A stretch of 30,257 nt of DNA from a virus (Duplodnaviria; Caudoviricetes): IMG/VR virus record IMGVR_UViG_3300032292_000198, positions 1 through 30,257 of that record, one strand, 5' to 3'. Shown here piece by piece: positions 17,354 through 24,773 of this stretch. The notes below the pieces were generated by a model. It searched no databases. It was not told where the DNA came from and was given only the letters and a program-made list of their open reading frames with translations. A program made the position numbers and the translations under genes. How positions within the stretch are numbered: position 1 is the stretch's first letter; the number at the start of each line of letters is the position of its first letter.

Positions 17354-18241
17354 TTAAAAAGGTTTTAAGTTAATACTATTTGTTGGTCTAAATTCCGAAA
17401 TTACGTCTTTTCCATAAACTTTAAAACCTAAACCGTAATTGTATTCGCAATAAACAGGGTCGTTTAGTCCAGTATGTTTTCCGCCAGTATCAATGTCTTT
17501 AATTTTTTCAGTGCTTACCCAAGTTACAAATTTCATTACATCGTGTTTTATTAGTCTGTGAACTACTATCATATCGTCGCACCTGTTAGTAAATGCTTTG
17601 CCACCTTCTACGTGGTCTTTTAACGGTGCTTTTAAATGTCCTTTAAAATCTCCTTCAGTATAAATATTTGAACTCCTTCCGCTTTCAGTATTCGGGTGAG
17701 TATTAATGTAAATTGTCATTCCTGTTTTGTTTACAAATTGTCGTGCTGCATTCATAAATTGATAGTTACCTTCATAAGTCATATTGCGGTCAAGTCCCGT
17801 AAATGGGTCTATTAGTGCTACATCGCATTCGCTTTGTTCAAATATTTTAAATAATTCTTCGTGTTTATACAGGCGGTCATTTTTTACAAATGTAAAGTAT
17901 TGTTCCAAGTATGCTGAATAGTTTCTAATTTCATCGTGTGTTAATTGCTTAAAATTTATTCCTGCATACATTTGTATTAAGTCTCGCAAAATTTGTCCGT
18001 GCTGGTTCTCACCGCTCCAGATAATAAACTTTAATTTGTGTTTAAGTGCAAGTGCTAAAAAATACCAATTTATAAAATAAGTTTTTCCTACGTTGTCGTG
18101 TCCTAAAATTATGTTTACTTGTTTACGTTTAAATTTTAAATAGTCATCAAGTCCATTTCCAAGTTCCAGTCCGTGTTTTATTTTGCCGTCCCTGTAGTTC
18201 AATAAATAATCAAGTGCTGAACCGTTAGTTAATATATCCAT
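17354..18241 (-). CDS. DnaB/RecA-fold replicative helicase
   Basis: Walker A GHDNVGKT, SGE, Walker B LIDP, HP motif. Confidence 0.8.
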   Translation of the reverse strand: MDILTNGSALDYLLNYRDGKIKHGLELGNGLDDYLKFKRKQVNIILGHDNVGKTYFINWYFLALALKHKLKFIIWSGENQHGQILRDLIQMYAGINFKQLTHDEIRNYSAYLEQYFTFVKNDRLYKHEELFKIFEQSECDVALIDPFTGLDRNMTYEGNYQFMNAARQFVNKTGMTIYINTHPNTESGRSSNIYTEGDFKGHLKAPLKDHVEGGKAFTNRCDDMIVVHRLIKHDVMKFVTWVSTEKIKDIDTGGKHTGLNDPVYCEYNYGLGFKVYGKDVISEFRPTNSINLKPF

Positions 18242-18809
18242 ATTTTCTTGCTTTTATTTCTTCAGGTGAAATACCTTCGGAAGTTGGTTCGTTTTTCTGT
18301 AGCCATTTTACAGCCGTTAAATATAAACTTTTATATTTAGTATTTTGCTTGTAATTTTCAATGTCGTTTAATACGTTGTTTATTTGTGTAATTGTATGTT
18401 TATCTAATAATTTTTTTACTTCGTCTTCAGAAATAGACAAATGAGCGAAGCTCCTATATATATCTTTTACATTTACATTAACATTATCATTAACACTTAC
18501 AGCTATGTTTGCTATCGGTTTTATGCGTTTGCTATCGTTTGCTATATTTTGCCATCTTTTTGTTGCTCCTGCTATTCCTGCTTCACTACGTTTTTGTTTC
18601 TTATCGTCCCATTTTAACAAGTCACGTTTTAAACTTTGTTTAATTGGTTCAAATGCAATTTCCGTTATTAAGTCTTCGCATTCTGGGTTTAAATCATTTA
18701 CATATTTTAAAATATGTTTAAACAATTTTCCCGCCTGTTCGTCTGTTAATTTTTCTATTGTATGTATTATGTCACTATACAATATAAACCCTTTTTTTTC
18801 TTCAGCCAT
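18225..18809 (-). CDS. Replication initiator / replisome organiser (DUF6291-like N-terminus)
   Basis: KKGFILYSD..LTDEQAGKLFK N-domain, repetitive linker, upstream of the helicase; start revised to the ATG at 18809. Confidence 0.75.
   Translation of the reverse strand: MAEEKKGFILYSDIIHTIEKLTDEQAGKLFKHILKYVNDLNPECEDLITEIAFEPIKQSLKRDLLKWDDKKQKRSEAGIAGATKRWQNIANDSKRIKPIANIAVSVNDNVNVNVKDIYRSFAHLSISEDEVKKLLDKHTITQINNVLNDIENYKQNTKYKSLYLTAVKWLQKNEPTSEGISPEEIKARKYGYIN
18455..18575. other. Putative replication origin (iterons plus AT-rich tract) inside the initiator gene
   Basis: GCYAT at 18502, 18511, 18531, 18541, 18551 and 18571, next to ACATT repeats. Confidence 0.6.
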
Positions 18810-18825
18810 ACTAAATTTTTTAAAT

Positions 18826-18918
18826 AAAAAAACCCCTGTAAAATCCGTTGCGTCTAACTTCAACTTCATAAACAAGGGTAATAATTCCTTTTGTACTTAT
18901 AATGTTAGACGAGTACAA
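18826..18918 (-). ncRNA. Structured 5' leader / attenuator: two hairpins with complementary loops, the second a terminator
   Basis: Stems TTGTACT/AGTACAA and ACCCTTGT/ACAGGGGT plus T run; loops CGTCTAAC and GTTAGACG. Confidence 0.7.
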
Positions 18919-18921
18919 TTG

Positions 18922-18929
18922 CAAATTTA
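18922..18929 (-). promoter_or_regulatory. Host sigma-A -7 element (TAAATTTG) for the leader and replication operon
   Basis: TAnnTTTG three bases before hairpin 1. Confidence 0.6.
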
Positions 18930-18954
18930 ATAATTATTATAACATAAACACGAA

Positions 18955-19311
18955 TTAATAAAATTTATTTCTTATTCTTAACTGAATTTTACGCAAGTCT
19001 TTTAAGTTCTTTGCTTCTTTTATTTCTTTACGCAAATCAAGTTCTGGACGTTCTAAACTCAAAAGAAGTTTGTAGTATTCTATGTCGTGTAAAAATAACT
19101 TGTCGTTTGTGTCGCTTAAGTCTTGGTAAGTTTTTAAACCGTGTAAAATAGTTGCGTGGTTCATATTAAACAAACTTCCAATTCCTTTAAGTGTGTGTCC
19201 GTCTTCTCGCAGCTTCCTAAACAAATAAATTCTCCTGTGTACTATTTCACGTTTTCGGTTTTTTTGTGCAAGTCCGTCTTGTTCTATTATTTCTTTTATT
19301 AGTTCAATCAT
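18955..19311 (-). CDS. DnaA C-terminal-like HTH DNA-binding protein
   Basis: TLKGIGSLFNMNHATILHG matches the DnaA domain IV signature. Confidence 0.75.
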   Translation of the reverse strand: MIELIKEIIEQDGLAQKNRKREIVHRRIYLFRKLREDGHTLKGIGSLFNMNHATILHGLKTYQDLSDTNDKLFLHDIEYYKLLLSLERPELDLRKEIKEAKNLKDLRKIQLRIRNKFY

Positions 19312-19592
19312 TTTTCTATTTGTTTAATTTCAATTATAATATCGTCGTTCTTTTGTATTAAGTTTTTAACGTGCTGGGTGTCGTAAGCTTCAACTATTCG
19401 TGTTTCTAACTTCATAGGTGCGCCAACATACGCCCAAGTTTTAAAAGTTGCTTTGTATCGTTTCATAGGTTTAAATTTTATTTGTTCGTTTTTTTTTATT
19501 CTGCATATTTCTAAATAAAGGTGTAAGTCAAATGAACCCCGCCATTGTCGCTGCCACCAATCTAATTGGTCGTATATTGTTCCGGCTTTCAT
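19308..19592 (-). CDS. Hypothetical protein; possible internal start at 19466
   Basis: ORF track; second ATG lies in an AAACCTATGAAA context. Confidence 0.65.
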   Translation of the reverse strand: MKAGTIYDQLDWWQRQWRGSFDLHLYLEICRIKKNEQIKFKPMKRYKATFKTWAYVGAPMKLETRIVEAYDTQHVKNLIQKNDDIIIEIKQIEK

Positions 19593-19921
19593 AGTTCGTG
19601 GTAAAAATTATAATTACTTTCATCGTTACTCGCTTTCCATTCCCAGAAGTTATAATGTACCAAATCACTGTTTATTTCTTCTTGCATTTCTAAACGTAAA
19701 TCTTCTAAAATACGAACGCCAAGAACGTGCGGTTGTAAATTATCGTCTGTTTCTGTTAACCACTTTTCGCTAACTTCAACATCTAATTCAATAAATGCAA
19801 ACTCCGAAACTTCGTCATAGTCGTTAAATTCCCAAGTTCCTGCTATTGAATAAGTCCAACCTGTAAATTCATAGGTTAATTCCCACCCTTTATTCCAAAA
19901 TTCTAAATTTCTATTTTCCAT
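19589..19921 (-). CDS. Highly acidic, aromatic-rich early protein
   Basis: 110 aa rich in E/D/W; overlap-coupled. Confidence 0.75.
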   Translation of the reverse strand: MENRNLEFWNKGWELTYEFTGWTYSIAGTWEFNDYDEVSEFAFIELDVEVSEKWLTETDDNLQPHVLGVRILEDLRLEMQEEINSDLVHYNFWEWKASNDESNYNFYHEL

Positions 19922-19922
19922 T

Positions 19923-20060
19923 TTACAGCGCTTTTAAATACATTAAACAATAGAACATACCACCCAACACTATAAAAGCCGTTAGAGTGCCTAAAAAGTG
20001 CCTTAAAAACGATTTGTGTTCTTCTGTTGTTGGTGTAAAGTAATCAATTAAATTTTTCAT
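19923..20060 (-). CDS. 45-aa early membrane peptide
   Basis: MKNLIDYFTPTTEEHKSFLRHFLGTLTAFIVLGGMFYCLMYLKAL, with one TM segment. Confidence 0.7.
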   Translation of the reverse strand: MKNLIDYFTPTTEEHKSFLRHFLGTLTAFIVLGGMFYCLMYLKAL

Positions 20061-20218
20061 AGTTCAGTTATTACAAATGTGTATAAATCATTAACTTTAG
20101 TTTCTGCCATTAATTTGTTTGCGTAATCAGTTGCATCTTCTAAATCAACTGCGGTTACAATTCCAATAAATAATTCGTTCTGGTCTTTGTCTTGGTATTC
20201 AATTCTGTAGTCTTTCAT
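20057..20218 (-). CDS. 53-aa acidic early protein
   Basis: MKDYRIEYQDKDQNELFIGIVTAVDLEDATDYANKLMAETKVNDLYTFVITEL; ATGA overlap. Confidence 0.7.
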   Translation of the reverse strand: MKDYRIEYQDKDQNELFIGIVTAVDLEDATDYANKLMAETKVNDLYTFVITEL

Positions 20219-20222
20219 AGTC

Positions 20223-20387
20223 TTATTTTTTAAATTGGTTAAATAAATTTTCTACTTCTTTTAACTGCTCATCGTCTAAAAATGTACATAAGGTTTGAAT
20301 GATTAAATGCAGTTGGTTTGTGTTTAATTTGTTTTCCTGTTGTTGTGTTTCTAAGAAATCAATTACTTTGTTAAATTCTGTTTTCAT
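20223..20387 (-). CDS. 54-aa early protein
   Basis: Start revised to the ATG at 20387 (AAAACTATGAAA). Confidence 0.7.
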   Translation of the reverse strand: MKTEFNKVIDFLETQQQENKLNTNQLHLIIQTLCTFLDDEQLKEVENLFNQFKK

Positions 20388-20434
20388 AGTTTTTAAATTA
20401 ATGTGCGTTACCAAGTCGCACCCCTTGTTTTTTT

Positions 20435-20599
20435 TTAGTTTACTTTAATTGATTTTATTTGTTCGTCTATTTTACGAAGTTCTTTACACCAAAATTTAAA
20501 TTCAGAAATTTTTCTTAAATCCTTTGATGAACTTTGCATTTCAATTAATGCGCCTTGTCTTTGTAATCTTAATGTTTCAATAGTTGTTAAAGTTTTCAT
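20435..20599 (-). CDS. 54-aa first early protein
   Basis: MKTLTTIETLRLQRQGALIEMQSSSKDLRKISEFKFWCKELRKIDEQIKSIKVN, right after the early promoter. Confidence 0.7.
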   Translation of the reverse strand: MKTLTTIETLRLQRQGALIEMQSSSKDLRKISEFKFWCKELRKIDEQIKSIKVN

Positions 20600-20630
20600 A
20601 GTTTTAAATTGTTTCGTTAATAATTATATG

Positions 20631-20660
20631 CAAATATAAATACTATTTTAATAACTACAA
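20631..20660 (-). promoter_or_regulatory. Main early promoter (TTG-N19-TATATTTG)
   Basis: Bacteroidota consensus with an AT-rich upstream tract. Confidence 0.8.
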
Positions 20661-20736
20661 TACTTTTTAACAATTATTTTTAATTTATTTTTAAAACCCT
20701 TGTGTTTATTACGTTTTCTAAATAAAAAAAAGTGTA

Positions 20737-20755
20737 ATTTATATTCATTCTAAAT
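20737..20755. promoter_or_regulatory. Fur-box-like 19-bp imperfect palindrome
   Basis: ATTTATATTCATTCTAAAT; 16/19 match to ATTTAGAATTATTCTAAAT, the flavobacterial Fur box as recalled. Confidence 0.45.
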
Positions 20756-20895
20756 AAGGATAGGTACAAATTGTACTCATTCTGTAAGGTAAAACCCATA
20801 AATTTTTAGTTTTTATTAAGGTTATAAACTGAAAATGTCAAGTTTACGTTGCGCTTTACTTTACAGTTAATCGGAATTAAACCGTTTATTGTCAC

Positions 20896-20936
20896 AAAAA
20901 AAAACAGCTACGCGCTGGGGGGCTTATAACTGTTTT
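20896..20936 (-). terminator. Rho-independent terminator ending the late region (or the candidate sRNA)
   Basis: AAAACAGTTAT...GTAGCTGTTTT followed by a T run. Confidence 0.75.
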
Positions 20937-20958
20937 CTTTTTATTAACTATGAATTGC

Positions 20959-21008
20959 AAATATCGTTTAAATAAATGATAAATCAAAATATCGTTTAAA
21001 TAAATGAT
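20959..21008. repeat. Perfect 22-bp direct repeat, period 28
   Basis: AAATATCGTTTAAATAAATGAT at 20959-20980 and 20987-21008. Confidence 0.9.
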
Positions 21009-22045
21009 TAAAAAACGTGGGTAAGTCGTGCGATTTGTCCAAAATCTTTATGGTGGATGTAACCTTCAACCGCTTTCGGAACGCCTGTATATCCGTTTTT
21101 ATGATGCCAACTGTCACTTCCTGAAGGACTGCGTAACGTTTCAAAAGTAACTCCAATGAAATCTTTACTTGTTTTGTGATGAACGTGATGCGAATAAATA
21201 TAACGGTGTTTTGTTTCGCTCCAAAGTATTGGAAACTCCGTCGCTAATAATAAAGGTAAGTTTTCGATTTTCGCTCCGTCTCCGTGTGTAGTTCCGATTA
21301 AGTTATTTCCGTACTTAAATGCCTTACGATGTTTTAAATCTACGTTAAAATTGATTGTGGACTTGCTGAAGTGCGCTTCTATTAATTGCATTAAAAAAAA
21401 GCCGTGTGTCAAGTCGTGGTTACTTGGATTGTAAACAACTTCAACTTCAGCGAAACTTATTAATTTTTCTAACAAATCAATGTATAGATTTTTAGCCATT
21501 ATAAAGTTTTCGTACCACATTCCGTCCGTGTCTTGTGGCGTTCCTGCTGTAGTGCTTCGTTTAGTATTATCGGTGTGTAATATGTCGTTTCCTGCAACAA
21601 ATAAAACTTTATCTATATGAAAACCTTTTGCTTTGTCCAAGATTCCTTGTAAACCGTCTTTTGCACGTTTAACGGCTATCTGGCTGTTATAGTCTTCGCC
21701 TGTTTCAAATGCTGTTGCAAGTTTTCCAATATGCAAGTCTGCAATATCAATTACAAGTAAATGCGTGTCTTCGCTTTTAATGATTTCGATTGCGTGGTAT
21801 TTCGGAGCGTATAACTTTACTTCTTTTATACATTCGTCTTTAATTCTTTGTATTTCGTTTAGTTCTTCTTGTTTAAAGTTTGGGTTCTTAAAGAATAAAC
21901 TTGCTTGTTTTGTTTTTAGCCATCCGTGTTTTACGTCTTTGTCGTCAACTCCAGCTTCGTCTGTTGCTTCTTTGATGCCACGATACTGCATAAGTATTTC
22001 GATTTCGTCCTGTTTTAGTCGAAACCTTGCGCTGTTATTTTTCAT
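21008..22045 (-). CDS. Calcineurin-like metallophosphoesterase
   Basis: DLHIG, GND, SNHD, HGD and HxHH metal-ligand motifs. Confidence 0.85.
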   Translation of the reverse strand: MKNNSARFRLKQDEIEILMQYRGIKEATDEAGVDDKDVKHGWLKTKQASLFFKNPNFKQEELNEIQRIKDECIKEVKLYAPKYHAIEIIKSEDTHLLVIDIADLHIGKLATAFETGEDYNSQIAVKRAKDGLQGILDKAKGFHIDKVLFVAGNDILHTDNTKRSTTAGTPQDTDGMWYENFIMAKNLYIDLLEKLISFAEVEVVYNPSNHDLTHGFFLMQLIEAHFSKSTINFNVDLKHRKAFKYGNNLIGTTHGDGAKIENLPLLLATEFPILWSETKHRYIYSHHVHHKTSKDFIGVTFETLRSPSGSDSWHHKNGYTGVPKAVEGYIHHKDFGQIARLTHVF

Positions 22046-22052
22046 AAAAAAT

Positions 22053-22481
22053 TTAGATTAATGATTGTTTTGCGTACTTCCATAAGAACGAAAGTAGTAA
22101 ACCTATTCCAACCCCAACGAATAATAAATTTAAATTTCCTTTTGGTCGGTTCTTTTTGCCTTCAGCTTTAGCTTGTGCTTTTTCAACTACCTTGTCTTTG
22201 TAGATAGTTTTTACTTTTATTTTGTATTCACGTTTTAATTGTATTCGTGTTTTTGGAACGTAAACTGTGTTGTATTTTATAACCGTGTCTTTAGTGCTTA
22301 TAAACTTTTCCCAAACTATTGTGTCGTTTACAATAACCGGAATACTATCTAAAGTTGTAATACGAATTGTGTCGCCTGTTTCTTCACAAACATAACCCTT
22401 TTTAATTGCTTTGTTCAAATGGTATTGAGCCGAACACGAATAAAGTAAAATGCTAGTAATTAGAATAAATAGTTTTCCCAT
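22053..22481 (-). CDS. Lipoprotein with C-terminal TM helix; putative unimolecular spanin
   Basis: Lipobox LLYSC and C-terminal LLFVGVGIGLLLSFLW; follows the endolysin. Confidence 0.65.
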   Translation of the reverse strand: MGKLFILITSILLYSCSAQYHLNKAIKKGYVCEETGDTIRITTLDSIPVIVNDTIVWEKFISTKDTVIKYNTVYVPKTRIQLKREYKIKVKTIYKDKVVEKAQAKAEGKKNRPKGNLNLLFVGVGIGLLLSFLWKYAKQSLI

Positions 22482-22887
22482 TTTTTTTGCTTGCTTTTAA
22501 TACTTGTTTACGATTTTTAGAACTATAACTAACGTGAACCCAAGACGGGTTTTCATCGTTTCCAAACTCCCAAATAAGTTGGTCGAATTGTAATTTGTCT
22601 TTAATAAAATTAAAACCCTTTGCGCCTATTTGTAAGTCCATTGCTTCGCCTTTTGTATGTTGGCTTGTACTTGCGCCACCTATCATTTTATTAACTTGTA
22701 AACTGCGAAAACCCGAAGTAATTTGTATTGGTATGTTTAAGTAAATTCTCAAAGGTTCAAACACATTTTCACACAAAAGTTTTGCGGACGCAATTTGCGA
22801 CTCGTTCATTTCGTTATTAAGGTTTCGTAACGTTGCTAACCCTGAAGCTTGAAACTCTTTTAATGTAACGTGTGCGCTTAAATTCAT
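22453..22887 (-). CDS. Endolysin, peptidase M15 family
   Basis: SGFRS, SQHTKGEAMD and WVHVS Zn-peptidase motifs. Confidence 0.92.
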   Translation of the reverse strand: MNLSAHVTLKEFQASGLATLRNLNNEMNESQIASAKLLCENVFEPLRIYLNIPIQITSGFRSLQVNKMIGGASTSQHTKGEAMDLQIGAKGFNFIKDKLQFDQLIWEFGNDENPSWVHVSYSSKNRKQVLKASKKNGKTIYSNY

Positions 22888-23345
22888 TTTAGTTTATTAA
22901 TGTTGTCTTTAACTTCTTTTGCTCGTGCAAACAATAATTTTGCGCTTTGCCATAAATCTATTCCTTTTACTACTTTGTAATTTTCGTTAATACTCATTAT
23001 TTCTATTGAAGCAAGTACCAACGCCAAAACTTTAGTAAGCATTAAAGGAACAGAAAAGAACGTTAAAATTATGTCGTTTAAAATATAGTAATCTATAAGG
23101 TAAAACATTATAACTGTTAACTCGTATAAAAGTAATTTAGAAACTATTGCCGAAAGTTTACGTGATGTTATTTCGTGTTTTTGGTGTTTTGCTTTCCAAA
23201 TCCCTGTTGCGGTGTCCGACAATATTAACGCAAATAAAAGTCCAAGTATTCCAGAAATAGGTAAAAAAAACGAAAAGCAAATTGTTATAAGTTTCAACGC
23301 TGAATTTTTAATTGTGTAAAGTAATAAATAAAATTGTATTCTCAT
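22884..23345 (-). CDS. Holin (phage holin family 4-like)
   Basis: Several TM helices, DTATG, ITSRKL and EIMSINEN; upstream of the endolysin. Confidence 0.85.
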   Translation of the reverse strand: MRIQFYLLLYTIKNSALKLITICFSFFLPISGILGLLFALILSDTATGIWKAKHQKHEITSRKLSAIVSKLLLYELTVIMFYLIDYYILNDIILTFFSVPLMLTKVLALVLASIEIMSINENYKVVKGIDLWQSAKLLFARAKEVKDNINKLK

Positions 23346-23506
23346 AACCCTAAATCTTCAAGTGCTTCAGTTAAACTGAAAGTTAAGTAAAAAAATAAAG
23401 TAACTCCCGCCAAATTAATGTAAAGTTCTGTTCCTTGAACCATTAAAGAAAAAGAAGTTAAAAACCCTGCTATAAAATATAAACCTGCTAAATAATTACT
23501 TTTCAT
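23342..23506 (-). CDS. 54-aa two-TM membrane protein in the lysis cassette
   Basis: MKSNYLAGLYFIAGFLTSFSLMVQGTELYINLAGVTLFFYLTFSLTEALEDLGL; ATGA overlap with the holin. Confidence 0.7.
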   Translation of the reverse strand: MKSNYLAGLYFIAGFLTSFSLMVQGTELYINLAGVTLFFYLTFSLTEALEDLGL

Positions 23507-23513
23507 TTTATAT

Positions 23514-24209
23514 TTAATTAACGTAACAACTATTTATACCAAATATTGAACTTGAACCTTGCGAGTTTGTTCCTATTACTTCTATGGTAATATAATTTCC
23601 CGAGTCGGGACTTGCTGTTAAATAAGTATTTCCCGTGTGTGGTGTTTGGTGAACTCCGTTTCGATACCATTTATATGTTAAAGTTGGTGTAGGGTTTCCA
23701 TCCCATAAATTACTAATAATACTAATTGTGCCGCCAACACTTGTTTCTTCTGGTGTTAACTCGGGTTCAAATACATTTACAGGTGCAAATAAAAACTCTG
23801 TCGCAATAGCATTACTATTACCTTGTCCCGTGCCTACTGCATTAGTTCCAAAGACTTTACAATTTATTTCCATATCTGCGTCTGCAATAAGCAAAGTATA
23901 AGTGTTATTTGTTGCCCCTGCTATATTATCTCCTAACGTAACATTGTACCATTGATAAGTAAAACTTGTTGGTGAACCGCTCCAAGTTCCGTTTGTAGTT
24001 GTAAGTACATCTCCAACATAAAAATTTGTTCCTGTGACAACAGGTGCTACTGTATTAACAGGTGCAGTTGCTGTTGCTCCAATAATATCAGTACGCCCTG
24101 CTGAACTTACTGCGTAAACTGAACCCCAACCAATAGCGTTAGTTGCACCTTGCCCCCAACCAATTGTATTGTTAGCTGCTCCGTCACCCCAACCGTTACT
24201 ATTTGCCAT
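23514..24209 (-). CDS. Virion fibre/adhesin with GWG-repeat anchor and two Ig-like repeats
   Basis: Three GWG repeats, then two APVN..P...VG......W.G.P...TY.WY modules. Confidence 0.75.
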   Translation of the reverse strand: MANSNGWGDGAANNTIGWGQGATNAIGWGSVYAVSSAGRTDIIGATATAPVNTVAPVVTGTNFYVGDVLTTTNGTWSGSPTSFTYQWYNVTLGDNIAGATNNTYTLLIADADMEINCKVFGTNAVGTGQGNSNAIATEFLFAPVNVFEPELTPEETSVGGTISIISNLWDGNPTPTLTYKWYRNGVHQTPHTGNTYLTASPDSGNYITIEVIGTNSQGSSSIFGINSCYVN

Positions 24210-24285
24210 TTTCTAATTTCTTTAAATAAGTTTTTAACTTTACGATGTTTACTTCTTTTGGTTTGTAAGTTTTTAAATGTACCAT
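24199..24285 (-). CDS. Possible 28-aa basic peptide
   Basis: MVHLKTYKPKEVNIVKLKTYLKKLENGK bridges the gap and overlaps both neighbours. Confidence 0.4.
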   Translation of the reverse strand: MVHLKTYKPKEVNIVKLKTYLKKLENGK

Positions 24286-24773
24286 CCTGTGTAATTATTA
24301 TTTGTGTCTGGAAACATATCACTATTTGAATTCGTGTTGTATTCAGGAAACAAATTATTATTGTTACTTATGTAGTCAATAAAACGTTGTGTGTAGTGTT
24401 GTGCTATTTGTGTTTCCTTTTCAATTAAAAAGTCTATTTCGCTTTTTTCTACGCTTGTGCTATTTTCTGAATTGTGTTTGTAAACTCCTTTGTTTGAAAT
24501 CGTGTAACAAGCAAACGGCAAATAATACTTCATTGCTAAATGAATAAGCATTGGCTTTAAATAAGTCGTTGTAAGCGTTAAATAATTTCCACTTAATGTA
24601 TTTGCTATGATGTCCGCTTTTATCTTGTTAAGAAGCTTTGTACCGGTGAAATTTTGCAAGTCTGTATCTTGTGCAATCTTAATGTATTGAATAAAATTGT
24701 CCGTGTCAACGTTTCCGTTTAACGAAGTGAATTTAACTATGTCTTGTCGTGTTACTAAAAGTGCTTCTGCCAT
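24273..24773 (-). CDS. Head-tail adaptor protein
   Basis: Helical 166 aa directly after the portal (TAATG overlap). Confidence 0.65.
   Translation of the reverse strand: MAEALLVTRQDIVKFTSLNGNVDTDNFIQYIKIAQDTDLQNFTGTKLLNKIKADIIANTLSGNYLTLTTTYLKPMLIHLAMKYYLPFACYTISNKGVYKHNSENSTSVEKSEIDFLIEKETQIAQHYTQRFIDYISNNNNLFPEYNTNSNSDMFPDTNNNYTGWYI

Noticed and set aside
20764-20778. Palindrome GTACAAATTGTAC, with 10-nt complementarity to the 5' arm of the replication leader
   Set aside because: Short and AT-rich enough to be chance; no evidence of transcription
20959-21008. Mini-CRISPR array or attP site
   Set aside because: Only two 22-bp copies with a 6-bp gap; no cas or integrase gene
20968-21156. 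Alternative-frame ORFs 20968..21156 and 24107..24322
   Set aside because: They overlap real genes, have poor start contexts and show no recognisable features
23514-24209. Diversity-generating retroelement target
   Set aside because: No reverse transcriptase and no TR/VR pair seen; the repeats are only protein-level Ig modules
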